DNA from: Patescibacteria group bacterium
GTDB lineage: Bacteria > Patescibacteriota > Minisyncoccia > UBA6257 > GWB1-50-10
Length of the DNA stretch: 64,000 nt
Assembly (NCBI GenBank): GCA_023474215.1
Contig: JAMCYI010000006.1
Location: 65,452 to 129,451 of the forward strand
Direction: 5' to 3'
Shown: one piece after another, positions 18,135 to 27,723 of the stretch
How positions within the stretch are numbered: the first letter of the stretch is position 1
Layout: the number at the start of each line of letters is the position of its first letter
Made by a program: the position numbers and the translations under genes
The notes under the pieces: generated by a model
Databases searched by the model: none
What the model was told of the DNA's origin: nothing
What the model saw: only the letters and a program-made list of their open reading frames with translations

Positions 18135-20507
18135 ATGAGTACCGATATCACCGCAGGGGGTCTGACATCCGAAGAGATCAAGAAAAGGCTTGAACAATAT
18201 GGTCCGAACGAAATACCGGAGAAGAAGGTGAGTTTCTTCATGAAGATCGTGAAGTGGCTCGTGTCGCCGATCGCCTTGATGCTTCTCGCTGCGGCGCTGC
18301 TTTCCCTCGTGAGCGGGAAAACGTTCGATTTTTACTTCATCCTCTTCCTCATGATCCTGAATTTCACCATCGGGTTCTGGCAGGAAAATAAAGCCGACAA
18401 CGCCATCAAAAAACTCCGGGAAAGCCTGGCCATTCAGGTGAAAGTGCTCCGCGACGGAGCGTGGAGCTGGATCGATTCCCGGATGCTCGTTCCGGGAGAT
18501 TCCGTCCAGCTCATGGTCGGCGATATCATTCCCGCGGACGGCGACCTCACCGAAGCGAAAAACCTCACGGTAAATGAAGCGGTTTTGACCGGCGAATCAC
18601 TGCCGAAAGACAAGAGCATCAAGGACAAGGTTTATTCGGGGTCTTTCGTCGCGACCGGGTCGGCGACCATGACGGTGACCGCGACCGGCATCAAAACGAA
18701 TTTCGGGAAGACCATAACCCTCGTCGAGCGGGTGACGCGGCGGAGTATTCTCGAAAAAGATATTTTGACCATCTCCAAATTCCTCACTGTGATCGCACTC
18801 GTCGGCGTCGCCATCGTAACCATCGTCTTTCTCCTCCAGCACGCCACGTGGAGCGACATTATCGTTCTCGACCTAAGCCTCGTGATCGCCGGCATCCCGA
18901 TCAGCCTGCCGACCGTCATGACCCTCATCATCAGTTTGGGAGCCCTGGAGCTCGCGAAAAAGCACGCGATCGTGCGAAGATTGTCGGCTCTCGAAGATCT
19001 CGCGAACGTCAACATGCTCCTCACGGACAAGACCGGAACTTTGACCAACAACCAGATCACCGTCGCAAGCATTATAGGATACAACGGACGTGAAAAGGAC
19101 AACGTGGTCTACTATGCTTCCGCGGCAGCGCCGGAAGACACCAGAAGTTCCATCGACAACGCCGTTAACAAGAAGGCTGAAGTCATGGGAATGAAGAGAG
19201 ATTTTTCAATCCTTGAACTCACGCCCGCCGATTCTGAACGGAAACGTTCCACCGCTATCGCTTCTTTCCACGGCGTCAAAACCGTCGTTTCCGTCGGTGC
19301 TCCCCAAGTGATCGGGGCTCTCTGTGCGATGGACGATAAACTAAAGTCCCACTATGAAGCGGACGTGAACAGGGCGGCCGATGACGGGTACCGCGTTTTG
19401 GGCGTCGCCATCCGCGAAAACGGCACGGAAGAAAAAGACATGACGATGATCGGCATTCTCATGCTTGCCGATCCCCTGACCGACGATGCGGCGGATGTCA
19501 TCGGATTCTTAAGGGAGAATGGCATCGGCGTAAAAATGTTGACGGGTGATAACCTGGCTATCAGCCGTCGCACGGCCGCGGAACTTTCCCTGCAAGGCCA
19601 GGTTTTGACGCGCGACGAGGTGAATTGGAAATCGACCGATCCGGCGTACTTCGACGGCATCGGGGCCTTTTCACAAATCCTGCCGGAAGACAAATTCAAC
19701 CTCGCGAAACTCGCGGAGAAGAACGGCTACGTCATCGCCATGACCGGCGACGGCGTGAACGATCTCGGAGCGATCAAGGAAGCGAATGTTGGCATCGCGG
19801 TCAAAAACGCTGTCGATGCCCTGAAAAGCGCCGCCGACATTGTTCTCCTCTCGCCCGGCATCTCAGTCATCAGGGATGCGCTGGTAGAAGCGCGGAAGAT
19901 TTTTTCCCGTCTCTACAGTTACTCCATCTACCGCATTTCCGAAAGTTTTCGTCTCATCATCACGATCGTCATCCTCGGCATCATTTATAAAACCTATCCC
20001 CTGACTCCCATTCAATTGATTTTGATCGCGATCATGAACGATTTCCCGATTATTTCCCTCGCCTTCAACCGGGTTAAAAATTTCAGCCGCCCGGCGAAGA
20101 TAAAAGTTGCCGAGCGGTTCACGCTCGGAGCGCTTTACGGCATCACGGGGATATTCAACAGCTTAATCCTCTTCTTCGTCATGGACTACGTTCTCCATCT
20201 CGACTGGGCGGTTATCCAAACCGTCTTCTTCCTCAAGCTCATGATATCGGGACACATGCTGATCTACGTGGCCCACACCAAGGAACGCTGGTACAAATTC
20301 CTGCCGAGTTCGCAGGTTATCTGGGCAACGAGTTTAACGCAAATAGCCGCAAGCTTGATGGCCTGGATCGGTATCTTCATGAACGGAATTCCCCTCCTTT
20401 ACGTGGCGGGTGTCTGGATCTGGTGTTTCGCCTGGATGCAGGTAACCGAACTCGTGAAGATTGCCGACCAAAAACTCATCATCCCCCACTTCGAGGGTCG
20501 CTCCTAA
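18135..20507 (+). CDS. cation-transporting P-type ATPase (plasma-membrane H+/Mg2+-ATPase-like, P3-type)
   Basis: Phosphorylation site DKTGTLT, MTGDGVNDLGAIKEANVGIAV and about 10 TM segments. The start was set at MSTDITAGGLTSEEIKKRLEQYGPNEIPE, because the upstream track portion is antisense to the helicase. Confidence 0.85.
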   Translation: MSTDITAGGLTSEEIKKRLEQYGPNEIPEKKVSFFMKIVKWLVSPIALMLLAAALLSLVSGKTFDFYFILFLMILNFTIGFWQENKADNAIKKLRESLAIQVKVLRDGAWSWIDSRMLVPGDSVQLMVGDIIPADGDLTEAKNLTVNEAVLTGESLPKDKSIKDKVYSGSFVATGSATMTVTATGIKTNFGKTITLVERVTRRSILEKDILTISKFLTVIALVGVAIVTIVFLLQHATWSDIIVLDLSLVIAGIPISLPTVMTLIISLGALELAKKHAIVRRLSALEDLANVNMLLTDKTGTLTNNQITVASIIGYNGREKDNVVYYASAAAPEDTRSSIDNAVNKKAEVMGMKRDFSILELTPADSERKRSTAIASFHGVKTVVSVGAPQVIGALCAMDDKLKSHYEADVNRAADDGYRVLGVAIRENGTEEKDMTMIGILMLADPLTDDAADVIGFLRENGIGVKMLTGDNLAISRRTAAELSLQGQVLTRDEVNWKSTDPAYFDGIGAFSQILPEDKFNLAKLAEKNGYVIAMTGDGVNDLGAIKEANVGIAVKNAVDALKSAADIVLLSPGISVIRDALVEARKIFSRLYSYSIYRISESFRLIITIVILGIIYKTYPLTPIQLILIAIMNDFPIISLAFNRVKNFSRPAKIKVAERFTLGALYGITGIFNSLILFFVMDYVLHLDWAVIQTVFFLKLMISGHMLIYVAHTKERWYKFLPSSQVIWATSLTQIAASLMAWIGIFMNGIPLLYVAGVWIWCFAWMQVTELVKIADQKLIIPHFEGRS

Positions 20508-20550
20508 TCTCTCTTCACTAAATACCTCTCTTTCGATTCCGGAAGAGCAA

Positions 20551-20619
20551 GCCGGGCATTCCTGCGAAGGCTAAGACTTGGGCGTCGCCCCGGAGACAGC
20601 CTGAGCAGGAATGCCCGGC
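20551..20619. terminator. large perfect inverted repeat (15-bp arms GCCGGGCATTCCTGC / GCAGGAATGCCCGGC) between convergent genes
   Basis: The arms were read directly from the sequence. The ~40-nt spacer also contains an internal aggct...agcct pairing. It lies between the ends of the P-type ATPase and the DUF763 gene. Confidence 0.4.
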
Positions 20620-20622
20620 GAG

Positions 20623-21783
20623 CTATTGCTCTCTATCTTTTTCTAACTTATTCACTGCTTTCCTTTTCTCGTCCGGATTCCAGTGGGTTCGGGCGACGGC
20701 GCGTTTCAAGATCGCGATTGTTTCATCGTACGTCTTGGTATCCACCGGAAACGGCGTGCCATCCTTCCCGCCGTGCGCGAAGCTGTACCGCGCTGGATCT
20801 TCATAGGAGGGCTTCGCGCCGTAAATGATTTCACTGACGAGCGCCAAGGCACGGACCGTCTTCGGCCCGACGCCTTTCAGGGCAACCATCTTTTCGTAGT
20901 TTTCCGGGTTCACGTAGGCAACTTCCCTGAGAACTTTATCCAAATACTTATTCATCACGAAATCTTCTTTGACCATCGGATGATCGTAGAATTCTCCCCG
21001 GTCGAGATCGAGGAGCGTCAGCTGCTCCTTGCCGGACCGGACCGAGATCATGTTGGAATACCGGGAGAAATGTCTCCGGACAATGTTCACATCCTTCATG
21101 AGGGCGTTGTATCCGCCGCCCACGAGATCCACGGACATCCCGCGACTCCCGGAGCTGTTCTTTGAAACCATATTCAACACGTTCTTCCCGATGAATTTCG
21201 ATGAGATGCCCGAATGCGGCTCGCATACGAGGTCATGGACGTTTTCCGAAAACCAGTGGTATCGCCGCGCCGTCTGATTCGCCGTATTCATTCCCTGCTG
21301 GACGACCGTCCACGCTCCGTTCCGTGAAAATATGAAACTATGGTGATAGATCTGGAATCCGTCCTGAACGAGCGCACTATCAACCTTTGCGCTCATCTTC
21401 GAGTTGTAAACCAAAGCGTTGGTCTTTTTGTCGCTCATGCCGAGCTTCTCGCCCCATTCCAAAATCTCGTCCGGCGTCCGCCGCGAGGTTTTGCCCTTCC
21501 CGCCGCAGATGAATATCCCCAGTTCCCACTCTTCGCGGCGGATTGCTTCCTTCAAAGCGGCAGTCAGAATCGTCGTCAAACCCGACGCATTCCAGTCAAA
21601 TGCCAAAACGGTTCCGAGTGATTGGAACCACACAGGGTCGGCCATGCGCTTCACAAATTCGTCCGGCCCGTATTCATAGATCAAGATCCGCACGATGTCC
21701 CGTCCGAGCGCCACCATGCGCCGGAAAAGCCACGGAGGACATTTCCCTTCGTCGAGTGTGAATGTGGCGATGCCGCGTTTCAT
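20623..21783 (-). CDS. DUF763 domain-containing protein
   Basis: The N-terminal MKRGIATFTLDEGKCPPWLFRRM pattern matches my recollection of the DUF763 family. A C-terminal HhH-like segment (LKGVGPKTVRALALVSEIIYG) is present. The start was trimmed to the MKRG methionine. Confidence 0.5.
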   Translation of the reverse strand: MKRGIATFTLDEGKCPPWLFRRMVALGRDIVRILIYEYGPDEFVKRMADPVWFQSLGTVLAFDWNASGLTTILTAALKEAIRREEWELGIFICGGKGKTSRRTPDEILEWGEKLGMSDKKTNALVYNSKMSAKVDSALVQDGFQIYHHSFIFSRNGAWTVVQQGMNTANQTARRYHWFSENVHDLVCEPHSGISSKFIGKNVLNMVSKNSSGSRGMSVDLVGGGYNALMKDVNIVRRHFSRYSNMISVRSGKEQLTLLDLDRGEFYDHPMVKEDFVMNKYLDKVLREVAYVNPENYEKMVALKGVGPKTVRALALVSEIIYGAKPSYEDPARYSFAHGGKDGTPFPVDTKTYDETIAILKRAVARTHWNPDEKRKAVNKLEKDREQ

Positions 21784-21875
21784 CCCTCCATTATACCCCC
21801 TCCTCAAAAACTTTGGCCCCCCGCTCTCCTCGAATTTTTGAAGGAGAGCGGGGGGCCTTCAAATCTGTGGATAAT

Positions 21876-22505
21876 CTAGAAAAGCGAGGTTTGTTCTTCC
21901 TTATCTCCTGAAACTTCGGCGGATGACTTTCCCCTTCTTTGCCGCACAAGTTCGTCGTACTTTATAACGACCGCTTTCAAAGTTTTAAAACTTTTCTCCA
22001 AATCCCCCAAAACGGACGTCGATCGAAGCGCCGCCGCCGGATGATAAAGCGGGAGGAGGATCTTTTCACCCCACCAAAAGACCTTCCCTTGGTCCCGGGA
22101 TATCTTTCCGTCCGGCAGAAAATAGTTCATGGAAAATCTTCCGAGGGTCGCGATGATCTTGGGATCGACGGCGTCAATCTCTCTCGCCAAATACGGACGG
22201 TATGCTGAAAGCTCCTCGGGGAGCGGGTCGCGGTTTTCGGGGGGGCGTCGTTTCACGATATTCGTTATATAAACGTCCTCGCGCCGCATTCCGATATCGC
22301 CGATCAGCCGATCGAGAAGTTTTCCGGCTCGGCCGACGAAGGGCCTCCGTTCCCGATCTTCATAAAATCCGGGCGCTTCGCCGATGAACATGATCGCGGC
22401 ATCCGGACTCCCTTCGCCAAAAACCAGATTCGATTCCCGGAGAGGCACCGATTTATTCTCCTCGAGCTCTTTTTTTATTTCGGCCAGCGTTTTTTCTTTC
22501 TCCAT
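21876..22505 (-). CDS. uracil-DNA glycosylase, family 4
   Basis: GEGSPDAAIMFIGEAPGFYEDRERRPFVGRAGKLLD matches the family 4 UDG motif (GEAPG..ED..G.PFVG.AG.LL). Confidence 0.8.
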   Translation of the reverse strand: MEKEKTLAEIKKELEENKSVPLRESNLVFGEGSPDAAIMFIGEAPGFYEDRERRPFVGRAGKLLDRLIGDIGMRREDVYITNIVKRRPPENRDPLPEELSAYRPYLAREIDAVDPKIIATLGRFSMNYFLPDGKISRDQGKVFWWGEKILLPLYHPAAALRSTSVLGDLEKSFKTLKAVVIKYDELVRQRRGKSSAEVSGDKEEQTSLF

Positions 22506-22510
22506 ACGGC

Positions 22511-23854
22511 TTACCGTCCTCCCAAAATCTTTTTCACCGACGAGGCAACATGTTCGATGGCAACTTCGGTTTGCTTGTACGATTTGAGGTCTTTGATCGT
22601 TGCGGTTCCCGCCGAAGCTTCGCGTTCGCCGATCAAGACGGCGGCAGCATAGTTGTTTTTTACCGCAAACGCGAGCTGGCCCTTCAATGTCTTTTCTTTC
22701 CCGAGATATATTTCCGAAGGAATTCCGTTCTTGCGAAGCTCGTAAACCGCCCGCTCTGCAGCAGCAAGCGACCCTTCATCGAAATGCAACACGACCGCCC
22801 GCATATTTTTTCCGCTGCTGAAAGAAACCTCGAGCTTTTCCATTGCATATAACATCCGATCGACACCGACCGAGGCGCCAACCGCCGGGAGTCTTCCGCC
22901 GCCGAAATGCTCGACGAGATTGTCGTACCGCCCGCCCGAAAAGACGCTTCCAATCTCCGGCAAATCGGTTAAAATCGTTTCAAAAACGAAACCGGTGTAA
23001 TAAGCCAAACCCCTGACCGTCGCGAAATCGAACGCCCATTTGTCATCCGGTACTCCCAAAGAAGCGAGATGATCGATCAACGCTTCCATTTCCGCGAATC
23101 CTGCTTCCGCATCGTCGGTCGAAATGAGCGCGCGCGCCGACCGCAAAAGTTCGCGATTATTCGACGCTTTGATGCCGAAGAAATCCACGACACGGCGCGC
23201 TTCATTTTTCGAGAGAGCAGCGGCATTCTTCGAAGAAAGCTCCTTCAAGACGCCCTCTATGCCGATCTTGTCCCATTTATCCACGGTTCGAAGAACGGCA
23301 TCGAGTTTTCCCTTCGAAAACCCGACATAGTTCGGCAGTCCGCCAAGGATCTTCCGGTTGTTGATCTTGATCAAAAAGTTCTGGAATCCGAGCGATATCA
23401 TGACTTGATTCATGAGAGCCACGATTTCCGCGTCGGCCAAAAGACTCCCCGATCCCACGACATCGGCGTCGAACTGCAAAAATTCCCGAAATCGCCCCGC
23501 TTGTGCGCGTTCTCCTCGCCATACCTTGCCGATCTGATACCGCTTGAAAGGGAACGTTATTTCGTTCGGATACATCGAAACCACCCGCGCCAAAGGAACC
23601 GTGAGGTCAAATCTAAGCGCAAGGCTTTCGCTCTCGTCGCTCTTCTTGATCTTGAATATTTGCTTCTTGAACTCTGGATCTCCACCCGTCAGCGTTTGCT
23701 CTTCTTCCACTCCCGGCGTATCGAGCGGAACAAACCCAAAAAGCTCAAAATTCCTTTTTATTGCATCGAGCATTTCGCTTCTTTTTCTTTCCTCTTCAGG
23801 AAGATAATCCTTGAAGCCGGAAGGCAATTTTACTTTCTTTCGTTCCGCCATCAT
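22511..23854 (-). CDS. hisS: histidine--tRNA ligase
   Basis: Class II aaRS with HisRS signatures (GFKDYLP, RFREFLQFDADVVG, GGRYDNLVEHFGG, AVGASVGVDR) and a C-terminal anticodon-binding domain. Confidence 0.85.
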   Translation of the reverse strand: MMAERKKVKLPSGFKDYLPEEERKRSEMLDAIKRNFELFGFVPLDTPGVEEEQTLTGGDPEFKKQIFKIKKSDESESLALRFDLTVPLARVVSMYPNEITFPFKRYQIGKVWRGERAQAGRFREFLQFDADVVGSGSLLADAEIVALMNQVMISLGFQNFLIKINNRKILGGLPNYVGFSKGKLDAVLRTVDKWDKIGIEGVLKELSSKNAAALSKNEARRVVDFFGIKASNNRELLRSARALISTDDAEAGFAEMEALIDHLASLGVPDDKWAFDFATVRGLAYYTGFVFETILTDLPEIGSVFSGGRYDNLVEHFGGGRLPAVGASVGVDRMLYAMEKLEVSFSSGKNMRAVVLHFDEGSLAAAERAVYELRKNGIPSEIYLGKEKTLKGQLAFAVKNNYAAAVLIGEREASAGTATIKDLKSYKQTEVAIEHVASSVKKILGGR

Positions 23855-23959
23855 GGTTGTCTTTATACTACATTGTAACATTAAATACGGGCAAGCGTAT
23901 TCCCTTACAGACGGTGCACGGCATCGTCGAAGGTCGAAAAAAAAAATACGGAGAAAAAC

Positions 23960-24307
23960 ATGCCCGCAACGAAAAAACTTTTAGTCCTAGGGACCGGCAC
24001 CTTGATCACAGGATTGGTATTCAGTTCTTCTCTTGCATTTGCCGGAACATCGGCACCGAAACGTTCACGAATCGGCTTCACGTTCAACTCGACATCATCG
24101 GGCGTAACGCTCACGGCTGCAAGCAATACGAAAGCGTACCTCGTGACGACGACTCCCGACACGAGGATCCCCGCAAACCGCGGACCTCACACGCTCGCAA
24201 GCCTCAAGGATGCTCTCGGAGTTCGAACGTACCACAAAGAAAATCGCGAAGCAATCGCCGCTTCATCGACTCGGGCCGTGGTTTATCTGCCAAGGAGCAA
24301 ACTATAG
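23960..24307 (+). CDS. small secreted hypothetical protein
   Basis: 115 aa. GGAG lies 7 nt upstream of the ATG. The signal peptide MPATKKLLVLGTGTLITGLVFSSSLAFA is followed by a Ser/Thr-rich mature region. Confidence 0.4.
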   Translation: MPATKKLLVLGTGTLITGLVFSSSLAFAGTSAPKRSRIGFTFNSTSSGVTLTAASNTKAYLVTTTPDTRIPANRGPHTLASLKDALGVRTYHKENREAIAASSTRAVVYLPRSKL

Positions 24308-24366
24308 AGACCTATGACCATTCTGTCGCTCGCCTCCTGACCCCTTCCGCCAATCGGAAGGGGTTT

Positions 24367-25644
24367 TTAGATCCAACCGAACACGCTCGCAAGATAGGCA
24401 ACGGCGACCGCCAAAGCAAATACGAAGGTAAGTCCTCCAAAGACATTCGCGATGATCCCGTTCGTCTTTTCATGCATGATCGAACGATTGTTCGCAATCC
24501 GGAGAATGATGAAGACGATCGGCGGCGTGATGATCGTGTAAAACACCGCCGTATAGATCAAGGCGGCAATGGGATCGATCCGCAATACCGTCATGCAAAC
24601 GCCTGCAAGCGTCGAGAGAGCGATCACGAGATAGAAACTTTTTGCTTCCCGCCAGGTCTTGTTCATTCCTTCCCGCCAGTTGAATATTTCGGCAAGCATG
24701 TAGCCGATACTTCCCGCAAGGACCGGAACGGCCAGGAGGCCCGTGCCGACGATCCCGATGCTGAAAATAATGAACGCATAGGGACCGAGGAGCGGCCGCA
24801 GGACGCTCGAAGCCTCTTGGAACGTCGCGATGACCGCGGAGCCCTTCGCGACCGCCAATCCCCCCGCCGAAACGAGGATGAACCACGTAATGATCTCTGA
24901 AAAAACCATGCCGAGCGCCGTGTCGCGCCGCATGTGCTTCAATTCGTTCTTCGTGACGAGGAACCGCTTCAATTTCCTTTTTTCCTTTTCTTCATCCCGG
25001 TCTTCCACTTCCTCATCCGCCTGCCAGAAGAACAAATACGGCGAAATGGTCGTACCGAAGAAGGCGGCAACGAGCATGATAAAGTCCTTATCCGGCAGGA
25101 AAACGGGAACGAATGTCGCCCGAAAGACGCTTCCCCAATCGATATGGATGAAAAACGCCGTCGCAACGTAAAAGAAGAGCGACAACGTGAGCCATTTTAA
25201 AACGCTTGCAAATCGGGGATATGAAAGGAAGACCGTAAAAAAGAGGATCGCAAGCGCAGCGATGAGGACCCACAAGACGACGCCCAAAGGCACGAGTGTT
25301 TCAAGGACCGCTCCTAGGGCAAGGAGATCCGCACCGATGTTCATGGTTATGACGACGACGGAAATGACCGCGATGAAATAAAGGAGGGTCTTCGAATAGT
25401 GATCCTTGATGATGCGGACAAGACCGTGATCCGTGACATATCCGATGCGGCCCGCCATTTCCTGAACGGAAATCATGAACGGCAGCGCAAGAAACGCAAG
25501 CCATAGTATCTTGAAGCCGTACAAAAACCCCGACTGGAGATACGTCAAAATCCCCGACGGATCATCGTCGGCTGCGCCGGTTATGATCCCCGGCCCCACC
25601 TTGCTGCCGATGCTCTTTACCTTTTTGAAAAGAGAGAGCTTCAT
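24367..25644 (-). CDS. Nramp-family divalent metal cation transporter (MntH-like)
   Basis: 11-12 TM segments. The N-terminal GPGIITGAADDDPSG and MISVQEMAGRIG motifs are characteristic of Nramp/MntH. Confidence 0.75.
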   Translation of the reverse strand: MKLSLFKKVKSIGSKVGPGIITGAADDDPSGILTYLQSGFLYGFKILWLAFLALPFMISVQEMAGRIGYVTDHGLVRIIKDHYSKTLLYFIAVISVVVITMNIGADLLALGAVLETLVPLGVVLWVLIAALAILFFTVFLSYPRFASVLKWLTLSLFFYVATAFFIHIDWGSVFRATFVPVFLPDKDFIMLVAAFFGTTISPYLFFWQADEEVEDRDEEKEKRKLKRFLVTKNELKHMRRDTALGMVFSEIITWFILVSAGGLAVAKGSAVIATFQEASSVLRPLLGPYAFIIFSIGIVGTGLLAVPVLAGSIGYMLAEIFNWREGMNKTWREAKSFYLVIALSTLAGVCMTVLRIDPIAALIYTAVFYTIITPPIVFIILRIANNRSIMHEKTNGIIANVFGGLTFVFALAVAVAYLASVFGWI

Positions 25645-25663
25645 GGAAGGAGCGATCGCTCCG

Positions 25664-26185
25664 CTATCCTTGGGGTTGTACCGAGAGAAGTTCCACCTCG
25701 AACGTCAACGTCGCATTGGGAGGAATGACGCCCGAGACGCCGTTCGGTCCGTATGCCAAGCTGGGCGGGATGACCAATTTCCTTTTTCCTCCAACCTTCA
25801 TGCCGAGGACCCCCTCATCCCATCCCTTGATGACATGGCCGGCGCCCAAGAGAAAGGTGAAACCTTGATTCCCGTGGTTCGCCGATGCATCAAAGATCGT
25901 CCCGTCCGTAAGGCGGCCCACGTAGTTCACCGTCACCGTGTCCCCCGCGACCGCTTCCGTCCCCGTACCGACGACTTCGTCGGTGACCTGAAGGCCATCC
26001 GGCAAGTTTTGTGTTTCCATAGTAGTTGTTTGATCTTGACTCGTTTGATTCCCCGCAACCGACTGGTTTATTGTTACGGCACCCGGCGCATTTCCCTTCT
26101 TCCCGGCAAGAACGATGACAACGATCGCGATGACAATAATTCCGATCGCGCCGAGAGCGATGTTCTTCTTTTTATTAGTTTCCAT
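25664..26185 (-). CDS. FKBP-type peptidyl-prolyl cis-trans isomerase, membrane-anchored
   Basis: N-terminal TM anchor plus an FKBP domain (GDTVTVNYVGRLTDGTIFDAS...GFTFLLGAGHVIKGWDEGVLGMKVGGKRKLVIPP). Confidence 0.8.
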   Translation of the reverse strand: METNKKKNIALGAIGIIVIAIVVIVLAGKKGNAPGAVTINQSVAGNQTSQDQTTTMETQNLPDGLQVTDEVVGTGTEAVAGDTVTVNYVGRLTDGTIFDASANHGNQGFTFLLGAGHVIKGWDEGVLGMKVGGKRKLVIPPSLAYGPNGVSGVIPPNATLTFEVELLSVQPQG

Positions 26186-26186
26186 A

Positions 26187-26810
26187 TTACTTGATATTCA
26201 AAATTTGGGCGAGTTGCGGCTTGTCGAACCCGATGATGTAATCCGGTTCGGAATCTTCATATTGGATCTCTGTAACCGGCACCCCCATCTGGCCGGTCTT
26301 TTTGACCATATCTTCCCCCGCCGCGCGGTCGACATCAACCATGACGTTCTCGTAAGAAATCTTGTTTTCGTCGAGCCACGCCTTTTCCATCTTGCAGTAC
26401 GGGCAGGTGGTCGTTGAATAGACCTTGATCTTTGTCGGCTTCAAGTCGCCGGCACCGGCGCTAACGTTCACGATCTCTTTCATCTTCTTTTCGACATCCT
26501 CGGCGACGCGCGCTATTTCCATGTTTTGCGTGACGCCTCCGAGAAGCGATCCGCGGCCGGCGCCGACCATAACGTTCCCATCCTTTTCAAAAACGACGAT
26601 GACCGACGGCAAAAAGCCCACGACATTGTGGTCGGCGGCGATAACTGCACTGGTCCAATTTGCCTCGGAAACGTGGACTGCATATCCCTTCGGATCCTTC
26701 AATTCGACTTCGCCCAGAACCTTGAGCCCCGCCTTTTCGGCTGCTTTTTTGACGTTTTGAAGCGTCTCGGAGAGCCCGAATGTGCTCTTCCTGAAATAAG
26801 AAAAGGTCAT
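26187..26810 (-). CDS. DUF302 domain fused to a C-terminal glutaredoxin-like domain
   Basis: The N-terminal ~125 aa match the DUF302 pattern. The C-terminal ~80 aa are thioredoxin-fold with CPYC (VYSTTTCPYCKMEK) and GVPV, and are paralogous to the stand-alone glutaredoxin at 14975-15217 (both end ...IGFD.xxLAxxLNIK). Confidence 0.6.
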   Translation of the reverse strand: MTFSYFRKSTFGLSETLQNVKKAAEKAGLKVLGEVELKDPKGYAVHVSEANWTSAVIAADHNVVGFLPSVIVVFEKDGNVMVGAGRGSLLGGVTQNMEIARVAEDVEKKMKEIVNVSAGAGDLKPTKIKVYSTTTCPYCKMEKAWLDENKISYENVMVDVDRAAGEDMVKKTGQMGVPVTEIQYEDSEPDYIIGFDKPQLAQILNIK

Positions 26811-26857
26811 AGTGAAGCTATTTTACACCGGAGTCCTCTCCGAGCGCAACTGGTACT

Positions 26858-26898
26858 CTTTTAAAAAAGAAAGAGTTGCACGATTGTGTTGTGCAACT
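26858..26898 (-). terminator. rho-independent terminator-like hairpin
   Basis: GAGTTGCAC / GTGCAACTC 9-bp stem. On the minus strand it is followed by TTTCTTTTTTAAAAG, downstream of the 26952-27392 gene. Confidence 0.5.
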
Positions 26899-26951
26899 CC
26901 CCTTCTGATGCCTCCGCCGGATGTTTTCCGGCACAGAGAAACTTTTTTTCG

Positions 26952-27392
26952 TCACTTTGCCGCAGAAATCAGTGCGCCGTTCTGCATAGCCCTCCACCCT
27001 CTCCACGTTTTCAACCGATTCCGATGCCTTTTCCGATGACATTGACCGATGACATACTGGCCAATGAGATAGTTGGCGACCTCCGCGATCTTCGCCGGCG
27101 ACAAGCGTTCTCCCACTCGAAGCACGCCCTCAGAAGCCCGATAGGAAAACCGCGATCCTTTTATTTCTTCGATAAAAAGACCTTCCCTTACCCCGAGCTT
27201 GAGCGTAAACCCGAGCGTATCGCCGTCCCTCGTCACGACGGAACATTTTTGAATTCCGTTGTGATACGACACCTCAAGCGTTCTCCTGTTGTTGGGCTTT
27301 TTGGTTGGAAACGCGATTTCCCGGAGGATCCGTTCGCCTATTCCACCGGGCATGGCGGAAACGGTCTTTGTTGATCCCGATGCATTCAGCAT
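26952..27392 (-). CDS. hypothetical protein
   Basis: The start was set at MLNASGSTK, which has AAAGGAG 8 nt upstream. The track ORF extends further up to 27470. No motif recognised. Confidence 0.4.
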   Translation of the reverse strand: MLNASGSTKTVSAMPGGIGERILREIAFPTKKPNNRRTLEVSYHNGIQKCSVVTRDGDTLGFTLKLGVREGLFIEEIKGSRFSYRASEGVLRVGERLSPAKIAEVANYLIGQYVIGQCHRKRHRNRLKTWRGWRAMQNGALISAAK

Positions 27393-27507
27393 TGCTAACT
27401 CCTTTCTGATATATGAAATTATTTGAGTGCTTACCCAGGGTTCCGATTTTCGGGCCTGGGATATATCCACTTCTCATATGGACAGGTCCCGGACTCTAAA
27501 ATGAAGA

Positions 27508-27528
27508 ACCCCCGGCTTTCAGTCGGGG
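27508..27528. terminator. GC-rich hairpin (CCCCCG-gctttcagt-CGGGGG) flanked by T-runs on both strands
   Basis: Perfect 6-bp G/C stem. It is followed on the plus strand by ctttggattttcg and on the minus strand by ttcttcatttta. It sits within a ~570-bp gene-free stretch. Confidence 0.35.
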
Positions 27529-27600
27529 GCTTTGGATTTTCGATGTGGTCTCTTCTTACTTCATCGCAAAACGCAAAGTCCCCTTCCGAAGGAGGAGGCT

Positions 27601-27723
27601 CATGAAGACGAACGAAATCGAATTTTGCCTTCCGTTTTGCATTGTTTTTATGGTACGCCCCGAGAGAGGTATCGTCAAGGAGTTCTGTGGAAAACAAAAC
27701 TTTCAATTCTTCCTTCCTTCATA
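27601..27723 (+). CDS. possible 40-aa small ORF with a strong Shine-Dalgarno
   Basis: AAGGAGGAGG lies directly upstream of the ATG at 27601. It encodes MKTNEIEFCLPFCIVFMVRPERGIVKEFCGKQNFQFFLPS. It is too short for the ORF track and is speculative. Confidence 0.2.
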
